Below are positions 29,911-40,374 of a DNA stretch of 64,000 nucleotides, piece by piece. Under the pieces are notes generated by a model that saw only the letters and a program-made list of their open reading frames with translations, did not search any database and was not told where the DNA came from. The stretch covers positions 2,688,001-2,752,000 of the forward strand of contig CAWGAA010000001.1 in the NCBI GenBank assembly GCA_963820525.1, in the 5' to 3' direction. Position 1 is the first letter of the stretch. Every line of letters begins with the position of its first letter. Source of the stretch: an uncultured Spirochaetota bacterium (GTDB lineage Bacteria > Spirochaetota > Spirochaetia > SZUA-6 > Fen-1364). A program made the position numbers and the translations under genes.

Positions 29911-31563
29911 ATGGAGTACATCACCGACACGCTCGGCTCCGTTCTCGAGCGGCAGGCCGCCCTTCATCCACAGAAGGACTTCATCGCTTTTCCCGACAGG
30001 AACCTGCGCTTCAGCTACTCCCAGTTCGACGAGCGCGTGAACAACCTGGCCAAGGGGCTGCTCGCCATCGGCCTCGCCAAGGGGGACCATCTGGGGATCT
30101 GGGCCACGAATGTCCCGGACTGGCTCACCTTCCTCTTCGCCACGGCGAAGATCGGGGTCATCACCGTCACGGTGAACACATCCTACCGGGTGCACGAGCT
30201 TGAGTACATCGTGAAGCAGTCCGACATCAAGGCCATCTGCCTGATAGACCGTTTCAAGGACAGCGACTACGTGGCCATGGCGAACGAGCTGGTTCCCGAG
30301 CTCAAGACCTGCAAGCGCGGGCACCTCCAGAGCGCGCGCTTCCCCCGGCTCAAGAGCGTGATCTTCATCGGCCCGGAAAAGCATCGGGGAATGTACAATA
30401 CCCAGGAGCTGCTCCTGCTGGGCGTCCACGCCTCGGACGGCGAGCTTCGAAGGATCGAGGCGAGCCTCGAGTGTCACGAGGTCATCAACATGCAGTACAC
30501 CTCGGGCACGACGGGTTTTCCCAAGGGCGTGATGCTCACCCACCACAACATCCTCAACAACGGATTCCACATCGGGGAGCGTCAGAAGTTCACGGACGAG
30601 GAGCGCGTCTGCCTGCCGGTGCCCCTGTTCCACTGCTTCGGGCTGGTGCTGGGCATCATGGCCATCATCACCCACGGGGCAACCGCCGTGGTGATCGAGG
30701 CCTTCGACCCGCTGCTCGTCCTGGCATCCGTGCAGAAGGAGAAGTGCACGGCCCTCTACGGCGTTCCAACGATGTTCATCGCGGAGCTCAACCATCCCAT
30801 GTTCTCGATGTTCGACCTTGCGAGCCTGCGCACCGGGATCATGGCGGGATCTCCCTGCCCCATCGAGATCATGAAGCGGGTCATCTCCGACATGCACGCC
30901 AAGGAGGTCACGATCGCGTACGGCCTCACCGAAGGGAGTCTCGTCATGACTCAGACGTCGACGGATGACCCCATCGAGCTCCGCGTCTCGACGGTGGGCC
31001 AGCACCTGCCGGGAATAGAAGTCCGGATCGTGAATCCCGAGACAAACCGGGAAGTGCCGCCGGAGACTCAGGGGGAAGTGGTCTGCAGGGGCTGCAACGT
31101 GATGAAGGGCTACTACAAGATGCCCGAGGCCACGGAGGCCGCCGTTGACAAGGATGGCTGGCTGCACTCGGGAGACCTGGGAACCATGGACGAAAACGGC
31201 TACTTCAAGATCACGGGAAGGATCAAGGACATGATTATCCGCGGGGGAGAGAACGTGTACCCCCGGGAGATCGAGGAGTTCCTCCTTGCCATGCCGGGGA
31301 TCAAGGATGTGCAGGTGGCCGGGATCGCGAGCCCCAAGTACGGCGAGGAGGTGGGAGCGTTCGTGGTCCGAAAGGACGGGGAAAAGGTGTGCGAGGAGGA
31401 CGTGAGGGATTTCTGCCGAGGAAAGATCTCCCGCTTCAAGGTCCCCAAGTATGTATTCTTCATCGACTCCTATCCCATGACGGCCAGCGGCAAGATCCAG
31501 AAGTTCAAGCTGCGGGAGATGGGCGTGGCGCTCCTGAAGGAGCGCGGGATTGAAATCGTGTGA
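29911..31563 (+). CDS. AMP-binding acyl-CoA synthetase
   Basis: [43 protein letters not shown]. Confidence 0.95.
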   Translation: MEYITDTLGSVLERQAALHPQKDFIAFPDRNLRFSYSQFDERVNNLAKGLLAIGLAKGDHLGIWATNVPDWLTFLFATAKIGVITVTVNTSYRVHELEYIVKQSDIKAICLIDRFKDSDYVAMANELVPELKTCKRGHLQSARFPRLKSVIFIGPEKHRGMYNTQELLLLGVHASDGELRRIEASLECHEVINMQYTSGTTGFPKGVMLTHHNILNNGFHIGERQKFTDEERVCLPVPLFHCFGLVLGIMAIITHGATAVVIEAFDPLLVLASVQKEKCTALYGVPTMFIAELNHPMFSMFDLASLRTGIMAGSPCPIEIMKRVISDMHAKEVTIAYGLTEGSLVMTQTSTDDPIELRVSTVGQHLPGIEVRIVNPETNREVPPETQGEVVCRGCNVMKGYYKMPEATEAAVDKDGWLHSGDLGTMDENGYFKITGRIKDMIIRGGENVYPREIEEFLLAMPGIKDVQVAGIASPKYGEEVGAFVVRKDGEKVCEEDVRDFCRGKISRFKVPKYVFFIDSYPMTASGKIQKFKLREMGVALLKERGIEIV

Positions 31564-31618
31564 GAGCCGGATTCCGCGCGACGGGCGGAGCCGCGCGCGC
31601 CCGGGCGGTGTCCAGACG

Positions 31619-34444
31619 CTAGTACGCTATCGCCTGGTTGAACAAGCTCGGCAGGATCGAGAGGTCCAGAGAAACCTTCGGGATGTAGCTTCCCGCGGCC
31701 CCCGGCGCCTCCGAAATGGCGTTCAGATCGAAGGCGGCCCGGATGGCGAACCCGATCGAGGCATCTCCGAGGGTGCGCAGCATCGGCAGGAGCTCGATTC
31801 CCGCCGACTGCTGGAGGCGTCCCGTGAAGGCGGCCGGGTCATTGAACGCCGTGCCCACCTCGTAGACGAGCGCGAGATTCAGGCTCTGGAGCACGAAGGT
31901 GTTCGCCACCTGGAGCTCGACGCTGTTGATAAGCGGGACGCCGAGGAAAGCGAGGGCCGATGCGTCATAGAAGTACGGCCCGCTTCCCGTGGAGTCGATG
32001 CCGAGGGCGGAGTTGGTTCCTCCAAAGTACGTGAGCAAGCCCGAGCTCGCCGATCCCTTGAGTTCGAATCCGAGGAGACATCTTCGAAAGAGCGGGATGC
32101 CCTGGGCAATGTCGATCGATACCCGATTCTCTACTGCGGCTGAGCGGTAGAGCCAGTTGATGTCGTCTGAAAGCACTGCCAGGGTGCCGCTCTTCTGTGC
32201 AAGATCCAGGGTGAGCGATGCGTACCCCGACAGGAAATCCGAGGCGGGATCGGTGAGATCGAGCCCGACAAGCGAGCCGCCCAGCGAAAGGGAAAGCACG
32301 GGATAGTAGGTTCGAAAGCTCGAGCCGAGGTCCACGTCCATCATGAAATCCTGCGTGAAGCCGAGGCCGATACCGGCAATCTCCGAGGGGTAGAGGTAGG
32401 TGGCACGAAGCGCGGCGCTCAGGCTGCCCGTGAGCTTGAATCCCGCGGCCAGGCCGAGACCGACACCGTAGGCGGAGAGAGCGCCGGGGTCTGACGGCAC
32501 CGAAACAACGGGTGCCAGGCTCACGGAGTAGCGAAGATCGTCGGCAAGCACCATTCCCAGGCCGAGGTCCAGCCTGCCCGAGCCCGGCTCGCCGCCGATG
32601 AATGGGTACGGCGCGTACAGCTTGTCCGCGGCTCCGTCGACGAGCCAGTAGTCGGGGCCCGCGGCGTAGACAATACCCCTGGGCAGGAAATTGTTCTTGC
32701 GGTTGTAATCCAGGTTCTCCGCGTCCTTGTCCACGCCGGCGTACTTCACCCTCCTGTCGCTCTGATAGGAATACTCCCCCGGCGCATCCACGGGGATTTC
32801 ATGGATCGTGCCGTCCTCGGTGAACACCGTGATGGTTGTGGGGATGAAGATGCCGCTGTCGCCGTTGTCCCGGACCCTGAAGTCCGCGCGGTACCCGGCG
32901 GAAGACGGCTGATTGACAGTCCCGGAAAGCTCGTAGTCGACGCTCTTCGTGCCTGATACGAAGGCGCTGAAGAACGGCCCTAAATCCCTGCCGGTAGCGC
33001 GCTCGAGAAAAGACTCCAACTCCCGGGTCGAAGAATGCCGGTAGCGGTATGCCGCCGCGTACTGGGAAAGGGCTTTGTCGAGGCTGTCGCCGCCGCAGTA
33101 GCGCGCCAGCATCCCCAGCACGAAATAGGGCTTGTCGTAGTCGATGATGGATTGAGCGTTTGCGATCTTGCCGGTTATCGGCGCGTCAAGAGGAACATCC
33201 CAGCCCATGAACGCGTTCCTGCTGACGCCGTAGAACTTCTTGCTTGCCCAGGAATGCCCCCACAGCGGAGAGATATACAAGTCTCCCAGCACGGCAGCGA
33301 TATCGGGCTGCGGCGCGAAGAGATTATTCCACCTCCCATAGAGGCCTTCGAAGTAGACAAGCGTCGAGTAATCATTGAGCCCCTCGGAGAGCCAGTTCTC
33401 CGAGAGGAAATCCGCGGGCGTGCCGATTCCCCAGTAGAGGTGGCCCAGCTCGTGGGCCATCATGTATTGGAGGATCCGCGCCTCCAGGCCGGGAAGCACG
33501 CGGTCCACCCCCCCGAAGACGCCGTCTCCCGCCAGCACCAGGGAATCCGCCGCCATGCCGTACGCTCCGGGGTTGCCCTGCACGATGCTCACGAACGATG
33601 CCTCATAGGGGAAGTAGCGCCGGGAGTAATACTCGAGGGTTTCTCTGGCGTACCCGCTCACCAGGTGCGCCGCGCTCTCGGCGGTCGGCCTGTAATACAC
33701 GTCGAGGCTTTTCGTGTCGGAAAGCCAGCCGACGCTCAGGACCTTGTAGCCCTTCAGGCACACGAGCGGCAGAGAGACGACGGGGGAGGATGAGGCCACC
33801 TCTATTTCGTTGCCCGTCCTCTTCCATGCAGTGCCGATGCGGGCCATGTCCCAGCCCGCGGCCAGGGCGAGATGCGCCGTGTAGGTGAAGGGGGTGAGCT
33901 CGTAAGCGTCGAGCTTGCCTCCTCCGACGATGGAGGGAAACCAGGAGAAGCGGCTGAACATCTTGTCATCGAAGAAAAAATCGTCCGAGCCTCTCTTGTG
34001 GGGGAGCCGCGCGGAATAGTGAAACGCCACCTCGATCGCATCCGCTTCGCGGGCGCCGGAGAGGTCGATCTCGGCGTACATCCTTTCAAGATTGTACGTG
34101 GTGAAATACAGGGGCGCGGCGGCGTAGCTCGCCGCGGAGGGGCTGCCGTTCACCGTGAGATCCGAGATCCGTGCCGAGCCGGCTGAGAAACCGTCCGGGC
34201 CCCCGCTTTCCAGCAGAGGGAAGATCTTGGGGTTCGGGGCTTCCCCATTGTTGAGGTCCAGCCGCAGGAAAAGCTTGCCCGCCGCCGAGAGATCCTTGGG
34301 AACTGAAATTTTCACGGTTCCCTCGATGAGGCCCTTCTCGGGGCTGATGGAGAGGTCCAGCCGGTACGCGGGCGTCTGGGCCGACAGGGTTTGCCGGCAG
34401 AAGCCGAACGCGAGAATGAAGAGGGCGAACACCGCAGTTTTCAT
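31619..34444 (-). CDS. Secreted M1-like (gluzincin) metallopeptidase with a long beta-rich C-terminal domain
   Basis: Signal peptide, HELGHLYWG...WLSEGL (HExxH-x18-E), YDKP (cf. YxKG), C-terminal amphipathic strands. Confidence 0.8.
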   Translation of the reverse strand: MKTAVFALFILAFGFCRQTLSAQTPAYRLDLSISPEKGLIEGTVKISVPKDLSAAGKLFLRLDLNNGEAPNPKIFPLLESGGPDGFSAGSARISDLTVNGSPSAASYAAAPLYFTTYNLERMYAEIDLSGAREADAIEVAFHYSARLPHKRGSDDFFFDDKMFSRFSWFPSIVGGGKLDAYELTPFTYTAHLALAAGWDMARIGTAWKRTGNEIEVASSSPVVSLPLVCLKGYKVLSVGWLSDTKSLDVYYRPTAESAAHLVSGYARETLEYYSRRYFPYEASFVSIVQGNPGAYGMAADSLVLAGDGVFGGVDRVLPGLEARILQYMMAHELGHLYWGIGTPADFLSENWLSEGLNDYSTLVYFEGLYGRWNNLFAPQPDIAAVLGDLYISPLWGHSWASKKFYGVSRNAFMGWDVPLDAPITGKIANAQSIIDYDKPYFVLGMLARYCGGDSLDKALSQYAAAYRYRHSSTRELESFLERATGRDLGPFFSAFVSGTKSVDYELSGTVNQPSSAGYRADFRVRDNGDSGIFIPTTITVFTEDGTIHEIPVDAPGEYSYQSDRRVKYAGVDKDAENLDYNRKNNFLPRGIVYAAGPDYWLVDGAADKLYAPYPFIGGEPGSGRLDLGLGMVLADDLRYSVSLAPVVSVPSDPGALSAYGVGLGLAAGFKLTGSLSAALRATYLYPSEIAGIGLGFTQDFMMDVDLGSSFRTYYPVLSLSLGGSLVGLDLTDPASDFLSGYASLTLDLAQKSGTLAVLSDDINWLYRSAAVENRVSIDIAQGIPLFRRCLLGFELKGSASSGLLTYFGGTNSALGIDSTGSGPYFYDASALAFLGVPLINSVELQVANTFVLQSLNLALVYEVGTAFNDPAAFTGRLQQSAGIELLPMLRTLGDASIGFAIRAAFDLNAISEAPGAAGSYIPKVSLDLSILPSLFNQAIAY

Positions 34445-34550
34445 CAGCTTCCTCCGCTTTTCGATACTATAACATCAGTTGGGATGGGCTTGGATATCGG
34501 GCCTCCCTCATCTTGAAGCTCGCGGGGGCTTTCAACTACACTCGCCGGGC

Positions 34551-35213
34551 ATGGGCGTGCGTTTCGACTGCGTTATCTTCGACTTCGGCGGCGTTCTCTC
34601 TTTGCCCCAGGACGCCGAGCGTGTCACGGCCATGGCGGCGCAGTGCAATCTTTCCCTCGACGTATTCCGCCGCGAGTATTCTGCGCGGAGGCCCGCGCTT
34701 GACAGGGGCGACATCGATCGGGACGGATATTGGACGCCGATTCTTACCGCGGGGAGCGTGCCTCCTTCCCAGCAGATCCTCGACCGGCTGGCAGAAGAGG
34801 ACATGCTGGGATGGACCAGGATCAATGGGCGCACCCTGGCGTGGTCCTATGAGCTTCGTCGGACGGGAATGGGGACCGCCATTCTTTCCAACATGCCCCG
34901 ATACATCCTGGACATGATGCGCTCCCAGAAGCGGTTCGACTGGATCTCCGATTTCCCGCTCTCCATTTTCTCCTGCGACGTGCGTCTCGCGAAGCCCGAG
35001 CCCGCCCTCTATGCGCTCTGCCTGGAAAAGCTGGGGCTGCCCGCCAAGCGGTGCCTCTTCATCGACGACAATCCCGAAAACGCGGCTGGCGCCGCGGCGG
35101 CCGGAATCGATTCGTTCACCTTCCGCTCCGATCGGGAAACGGCGCGGGAGGTTGAACGCCGTGGCGCGGGGGGCATACCCGTGGAAAGCCTCCTCCGCGA
35201 TGCTATAGTGTGA
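34551..35213 (+). CDS. HAD-superfamily phosphatase (YihX-like)
   Basis: FDFGGVL, LSN, KPEP, FIDD. Confidence 0.9.
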   Translation: MGVRFDCVIFDFGGVLSLPQDAERVTAMAAQCNLSLDVFRREYSARRPALDRGDIDRDGYWTPILTAGSVPPSQQILDRLAEEDMLGWTRINGRTLAWSYELRRTGMGTAILSNMPRYILDMMRSQKRFDWISDFPLSIFSCDVRLAKPEPALYALCLEKLGLPAKRCLFIDDNPENAAGAAAAGIDSFTFRSDRETAREVERRGAGGIPVESLLRDAIV

Positions 35214-35252
35214 GGGCCCAAAAGCGACGGGCGGTCCAGCAAGGAGGGTTTC

Positions 35253-37031
35253 ATGCGGCCGGAAAGCGTCAAGTTCACAATCTCGTTCAGCTTGAGGCTG
35301 AAGATCACCCTCACGTTCCTCGTGATCGGCGCCCTTGTGAGCGCCTTTCTTTCCATATCCATGTTCCAGATCCTCAATACCCGCCTGTTCAGCGAGCTTC
35401 AAAGCCGGCTGGGAAGCCTGGCTCGGGTGGGCGGCAGGCTCGTCGACGCGGACGCCCTGGCGAGGCTTGTCGCCCGGCTGGGGCCGGAGCTCGGGGCGGG
35501 GGAGATCGCCAAAGCGGAGAAGAGCGAAGACTTCCGGCGCATCTCCGCCACCCTCAATTCGATCAGGGACATCGAGCCGAACCTCGTCCGCTACGTCTAT
35601 ATCTTCTCCCCGACAGCGGAGCCGGACAAAGCAATGTTCGTCGTCGACGCGGACGTCCTCGCGGACACGGCCAAGGGGGAGGCAGCGGAGAACATCTCTC
35701 ATTTCTCCTCACCCTTCGATATCACCGAGTATCCGGTTGCAGGGCAGGTGATCTCGGAAAGGCTGCCCATGGTGGAGAAGAGCTACTCCTGGGATCCCGA
35801 TTTTAAGGTCAACTCCCTCACGGGGTACGCCCCCATTCTGGCGCGTGACGGAAAGACGCTCCTCGGCGTGCTGGGCATCGACATGGTGGACACCGATGTG
35901 CGAAACACCATGCGGAGCGCTCGGACGGTTGCCGCCGCGGTGATCGCGGTCGCGCTTCTTCTGACCATTCTTTCCTCGATCCTCCTGGGGACGCTCTTCA
36001 CCCGGGGGATCATCTCCCTGGATAATGTGGTGCGGCGATTCGACAAGAGCAACCTCGACGTGCGCGCCGAGATCCGAAGCCGCGACGAGGTCGGCAGGCT
36101 TGGGCATTCCTTCAACATCATGGCCGAGACGGTGCAGGGCTACAGCCTGCAGCTGGAAGCCCTCTTGAACGCGTACGGCCGCTTCGTGCCGCGCGAGTTC
36201 CTCACCCTGCTCAACAAGGGCAGCATCCTCGACGTGAAGCTGGGCGACCAGACCCAGCGGGACATGACGGTGCTGTTCTCCGATATCCGCAACTTCACCT
36301 CCCTGTCGGAGTCGATGACGCCCTTCGAGAACTTCAACTTCCTCAACTCCTTCCTCAAGCGGATGGGTCCCGAGATCAGGGCGAACGGCGGCTTCATCGA
36401 CAAGTACATCGGAGACGCGATCATGGGGCTGTTCCCGGGCACCCCCGAGGAGGGGCTGCGCGCCGCCGTGGCCATGCAGGAGAAGATGACGGAGTACAAT
36501 TCTCACCGCGCCAACAGCGGGTATCAGGCCATCAGCATCGGGATCGGGGTCCACACGGGAATGCTGATGCTGGGCACCCTGGGAGAGCACGAGCGGATGG
36601 ACGGATCCGTGATCTCGGACGCGGTGAACCTCTGCTCGCGGCTGGAAGGGCTCACGCGGGTGTATGGGGCGTCGATCCTCACCACGGGAGAGACCGTGAA
36701 CAAGCTTTCCCGCCGCGAGGAGTTTCACTTCCGATTCATCGACAGGGTCAGGGTCAAGGGGAGGAAAGAGACGGTCCTGATCTTCGAGGTCCTCGACGGC
36801 GACTCGCCCGGAAAGCGGGAGAAGAAGCTTGGCTACCGCTCCGAGTTCGCCCGCGCGCTCCAACACTACTACGGCCGGAGGTTTTCCGAAGCCCTGGCGA
36901 TCGTCTCTTCGCTGCGGCAGGCGAACCCCGAGGATGTGGTGCTGGGGATCTACCAGAAGAGGTGCAGGCTCCTCTCGGAATTGGGGGCTCCCGAAGGCTG
37001 GCGTGGCGTGGAGGTGCTGGAGAGCAAGTGA
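35253..37031 (+). CDS. Membrane class III adenylate/guanylate cyclase (extracytoplasmic sensor, HAMP, cyclase)
   Basis: Two TMs, DEVGRLG HAMP, FSDIRNFT, DKYIGDAIM, DAVNLCSRLEG, VKGR. Confidence 0.93.
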   Translation: MRPESVKFTISFSLRLKITLTFLVIGALVSAFLSISMFQILNTRLFSELQSRLGSLARVGGRLVDADALARLVARLGPELGAGEIAKAEKSEDFRRISATLNSIRDIEPNLVRYVYIFSPTAEPDKAMFVVDADVLADTAKGEAAENISHFSSPFDITEYPVAGQVISERLPMVEKSYSWDPDFKVNSLTGYAPILARDGKTLLGVLGIDMVDTDVRNTMRSARTVAAAVIAVALLLTILSSILLGTLFTRGIISLDNVVRRFDKSNLDVRAEIRSRDEVGRLGHSFNIMAETVQGYSLQLEALLNAYGRFVPREFLTLLNKGSILDVKLGDQTQRDMTVLFSDIRNFTSLSESMTPFENFNFLNSFLKRMGPEIRANGGFIDKYIGDAIMGLFPGTPEEGLRAAVAMQEKMTEYNSHRANSGYQAISIGIGVHTGMLMLGTLGEHERMDGSVISDAVNLCSRLEGLTRVYGASILTTGETVNKLSRREEFHFRFIDRVRVKGRKETVLIFEVLDGDSPGKREKKLGYRSEFARALQHYYGRRFSEALAIVSSLRQANPEDVVLGIYQKRCRLLSELGAPEGWRGVEVLESK

Positions 37032-37111
37032 AGCCCGGCACGGACGGCTAGTGAGGGGACTCCCCGGCAGGACCGCGAGTCGGAAAGCGTTCACCATACA
37101 TATCGCTGGCG

Positions 37112-37446
37112 CAGGCGGGGGACAGGCCGTGGTTGAAATACGCACTCGAAGTGCTCTCTGAGATACTCTTCAAGCTGCCTCCAGCAGCCTGTGTCGTTGC
37201 GGGGGCGGAGTCCGCCGGCGGATGGGAGGTATCGGTGGCAGATTCGGGAATCGGCTTGAGCGAGAGCGAGCAGGCCAATATCTTCCAGGAGGGGTGAAGA
37301 GCCAGAAAACGTCGGGGATTGCGGGGACCGGGTTGGGGCTTGCCACCGTCAAGCGCGTCGTAGCAGAGTATCGGGGGAAGATTTCCGTGACATCCCGGCC
37401 CGATGAAGGCTCGACCTTCGTCGTGAGCCTCCCGAAGGGCGCGTGA
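37112..37446 (+). pseudogene. Orphan HATPase_c (histidine kinase ATPase) remnant with a frameshift at ~37293
   Basis: One frame reads GDRPWLKYALEVL..EVSVADSGIGLSESEQANIFQEG*. Adding one G joins it to VKSQKTSGIAGTGLGLATVKRVV..GSTFVVSLP. No HisKA domain upstream (in-frame TGA at 37052). Confidence 0.75.
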
Positions 37447-37458
37447 GGAAGCGCTGCC

Positions 37459-37800
37459 TCATTTCTTCCATAGCGAATCGAGCTTCACGAAGATGCTCTC
37501 CTGAGAATCCCCCGGGGCCCCGTTCTGCAGGGAAATGTCGTACACGATCCGAAGGATGAAGTCCTGGACCTCGGGGTTTGAGATCCCCCGTGCCATCTCG
37601 AAGAAGGCGTCCTCGTCCTTCACGCTTTTTTCGAACTCCTCCAGATCCTCTTCGTAGTCGTTGAAATCGAGGTTTCTGTAGATCACATCCAGATCGTCCA
37701 GCTCCGATTCTGCGATGACGCCGTCCGCAAGCATCGTCGTTTTGATGCAGCCGGCCAGGAAGACCCGCTCCGTGTGCGAAAGCTTTTCCAGCGCTGACAT
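37459..37800 (-). CDS. TerB-like (tellurite resistance family) small acidic protein
   Basis: ADGVIAESE motif near the N-terminus, a degenerate second copy (QNGAPGDSQE); AAGGAGG RBS. Confidence 0.65.
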   Translation of the reverse strand: MSALEKLSHTERVFLAGCIKTTMLADGVIAESELDDLDVIYRNLDFNDYEEDLEEFEKSVKDEDAFFEMARGISNPEVQDFILRIVYDISLQNGAPGDSQESIFVKLDSLWKK

Positions 37801-37916
37801 GGCGCCTCCTTTCGTACTCGTTCACGTGAAAATGTACGAAGGGCGATCCGGCAATACAAGCTTTGCCCCGTGCCTTGAAGGGGCACCCGTTTTTCTGTAC
37901 TTTGTCCCCAGGATCA

Positions 37917-38375
37917 ATGGTTATCTCCACCAGTATCCTCGAGTGGGTTGGGCTCATGCTGGGAGCGGCCGTCGCCGGTGCTCTCCTCGGCCTCGTGTTC
38001 GTTCGCTGGAGGCTTGTGCGGCGCGTCCAGGCAGAGCTGGGCAAGGAGAAGGTCCTCCTCGTCACCACTTCCCGGCTCGGGCTCCTGGGGGAAGGGCAGC
38101 CGGGATGGCTGCTTGACGCGGGGATCCTGATGCTCCTGAAAAGCGGCCTGTACTACCACTCGTGGTTCAGCAGGAGGGAAATCTTCATTCCGGGAGCCGC
38201 GATAACGTACATCGGCGTGGCCGAGTCAAGGAACGGCAAGAGCTTCGAGAAGGGCGCCGTTACCCTGCGTTTTCTCAATACCATGGGCAAGGAGGATGGC
38301 GTGTTCATCCGTTTGCTTTCCCCGGATCAGTGGGTTACGGCCATAAAGGCCCATCTCATCGCGAGGCCGGTATAG
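37917..38375 (+). CDS. Hypothetical membrane-anchored protein (possible PH-like fold)
   Basis: N-terminal TM then beta-rich 'GILMLLKSGLYY..EIFIP..W..AI'. Confidence 0.55.
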   Translation: MVISTSILEWVGLMLGAAVAGALLGLVFVRWRLVRRVQAELGKEKVLLVTTSRLGLLGEGQPGWLLDAGILMLLKSGLYYHSWFSRREIFIPGAAITYIGVAESRNGKSFEKGAVTLRFLNTMGKEDGVFIRLLSPDQWVTAIKAHLIARPV

Positions 38376-38377
38376 CC

Positions 38378-39511
38378 ATGGCGGGAAGCACCTTCGGCCG
38401 GCTGTTCACCGTATCGACCTTCGGAGAGAGCCACGGCCCGGCGGTGGGGGTCGTGGTTGACGGGATGCCTCCCGGCATTCCGGTCTCAGAAGAGGAAATC
38501 CAGATCGAGCTGAACAAGAGGAGGCCGGGTCAGAGCTCCCTCACCACTCCCCGGGATGAAAAGGACAGGGCCGAGATCCTTTCCGGCGTCTTCAATGGAA
38601 TGAGCACGGGAACCCCCATCGCCATCCTCATCAGGAACGAGACCCACAGGAGCTCCGACTACGAGAAGATCAAGGAGATGCTCCGCCCCGGGTACTCGGA
38701 TTTTTCCTACTCGGCGAAGTACGGCATTCGCGACTGGCGCGGCGGTGGGCGTTCGTCGGGCAGGGAGACGGCGGCCCGGGTCGCGGCCGGCGCCCTGGCC
38801 AGGAAGCTTCTGGCCAGGAGCGGGATATCCCTGGTCGGCTACAGCCTCGAGATCGGCGGGATACGGGCGGCAAAGATAGATGCGGCCGAGATCGAGCGGA
38901 ACCCGGCGCGCTGTCCCGATCCCGACGCTGCGCCTCTCATGATCGAGAGGATCGAGCAGGCAAAGGCGGCCGGGGATTCGGTGGGCGGGATCGCCGAGGT
39001 GGTTGTCTCGGGATGCCCCGCCGGCCTCGGGGACCCCGTATTCGACAAGCTGGAGGCCCTGCTTTCGCACGCGATCATGTCGATCGGAGGCGTGAGGGGC
39101 GTCGAGGTCGGAGTGGGGTTCGAAGCGGCTCGCATGCGCGGCTCAGAGTACAACGACGAGCTTTTCTTCGAGGAGCGCCGGGTGCGCTCCCGCACCAACC
39201 ACGCCGGCGGAATCTCGGGCGGCATCTCAACGGGCGAGGACGTGGTAGTGCGCGCCGCGCTTCGGCCGCCGGCGTCCATCTCGCTTCCGCAGAAAACGGT
39301 GGACGTTCGGGGGACGCCTGCCACGATCGAGATCTCGGGAAGGCACGACCCCTGCATCGTTCCCCGCGTGGTCCCCGTCCTGGAGGCCATGGTCGCGCTG
39401 GTCCTGGCCGACTGCCTGCTGGTGCAGGAGGCCGAGAGGTCCCTGGGAGGCGGGGCCGACGGCCCGGAGCAGAAGAGCTCTTCAGCCTCGGGCGGCCGCG
39501 GGAAGAGTTGA
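38378..39511 (+). CDS. aroC: Chorismate synthase
   Basis: TFGESHG, RRPGQS, GGGRSSGRET, GDSVGG, GRHDPC. Confidence 0.97.
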   Translation: MAGSTFGRLFTVSTFGESHGPAVGVVVDGMPPGIPVSEEEIQIELNKRRPGQSSLTTPRDEKDRAEILSGVFNGMSTGTPIAILIRNETHRSSDYEKIKEMLRPGYSDFSYSAKYGIRDWRGGGRSSGRETAARVAAGALARKLLARSGISLVGYSLEIGGIRAAKIDAAEIERNPARCPDPDAAPLMIERIEQAKAAGDSVGGIAEVVVSGCPAGLGDPVFDKLEALLSHAIMSIGGVRGVEVGVGFEAARMRGSEYNDELFFEERRVRSRTNHAGGISGGISTGEDVVVRAALRPPASISLPQKTVDVRGTPATIEISGRHDPCIVPRVVPVLEAMVALVLADCLLVQEAERSLGGGADGPEQKSSSASGGRGKS

Positions 39512-39555
39512 CACGGGGCCCCGATTCGGTATTCACTAGGTCGATTTCAGCTGCT

Positions 39556-40023
39556 ATGGCCATGAAACTCAGGCAGTACGTAAAACCGGAGTGTTTCATA
39601 CACGACCTTACCGAGAAGAGCCGCGAGGATGCCCTGCGGAGGATCGTTCATGCGGTGGCCGAAAAGGGCTTCGTCCGCGATGAACAGGAGATCTTCACCA
39701 AGCTCATGGAGAGGGAGCTCATCCAGAGCACCGCGGTGGGGGAGGGCATCGCCATTCCTCACTGTTTCAGCGAGGAGATCGCGGACCTCCTCATCGTCGT
39801 GGCGCGCTCCATCTCGGGTGTCGAGTTCGACTCGTTCGACGGGAAGCTCACCCAGGTGATCTTCCTCCTCCTGGGCAACAAGAACGAGCACGGCCTGCAC
39901 CTCAAGGCCCTCGCGCGGATCGCGCGGCTGATCAAGAACACCCAGTTCATCGAGAAGGTCATCGGCTCCGCCACCGTGCAGGACATGCTCGCCGCATTCG
40001 ATGAGGAGGAGGCCAAGATATAA
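39556..40023 (+). CDS. PTS EIIA (Ntr/Fru-type) domain protein
   Basis: RE..STAVGEGIAIPH phospho-His motif, HLKALARIARL. Confidence 0.92.
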   Translation: MAMKLRQYVKPECFIHDLTEKSREDALRRIVHAVAEKGFVRDEQEIFTKLMERELIQSTAVGEGIAIPHCFSEEIADLLIVVARSISGVEFDSFDGKLTQVIFLLLGNKNEHGLHLKALARIARLIKNTQFIEKVIGSATVQDMLAAFDEEEAKI

Positions 40024-40355
40024 TGAAGCTCCTTTTCATCGTTCTCAACTCGAGCGACAAGCTGGAAGAAGTGCTGGAAGGGCTTATCGAGGTGGGGGTG
40101 ACGGGTGCCACGGTCGTGGACAGCGTCGGGATGGGGCACATCATCGAGGGGGTTCCGCTGTTCGCCGGGATGCGCTCCCTTTTCAGGTCCGCCAAGCCCC
40201 GCAACAACACCATCTTCTCCGCCATTCGCGATACCCAGGTAGACGAGACCATGGAGATGCTGGGCAAGATCCTCGGCTGCTCCGGCGAGGCCAAGGGAAA
40301 GGCGTCCGGCCTCGCCTTCGTGCTTCCCATTGAAAGGGTCATCGGCATCTGCTGA
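40023..40355 (+). CDS. P-II-like signal transduction protein
   Basis: MKLLFIVLN, GVTGATVVDSVGMG, GLAFVLPIERVIG; TAATG coupling to the upstream gene. Confidence 0.8.
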   Translation: MKLLFIVLNSSDKLEEVLEGLIEVGVTGATVVDSVGMGHIIEGVPLFAGMRSLFRSAKPRNNTIFSAIRDTQVDETMEMLGKILGCSGEAKGKASGLAFVLPIERVIGIC

Positions 40356-40374
40356 TTCTGCCGGGCCAACGAGC

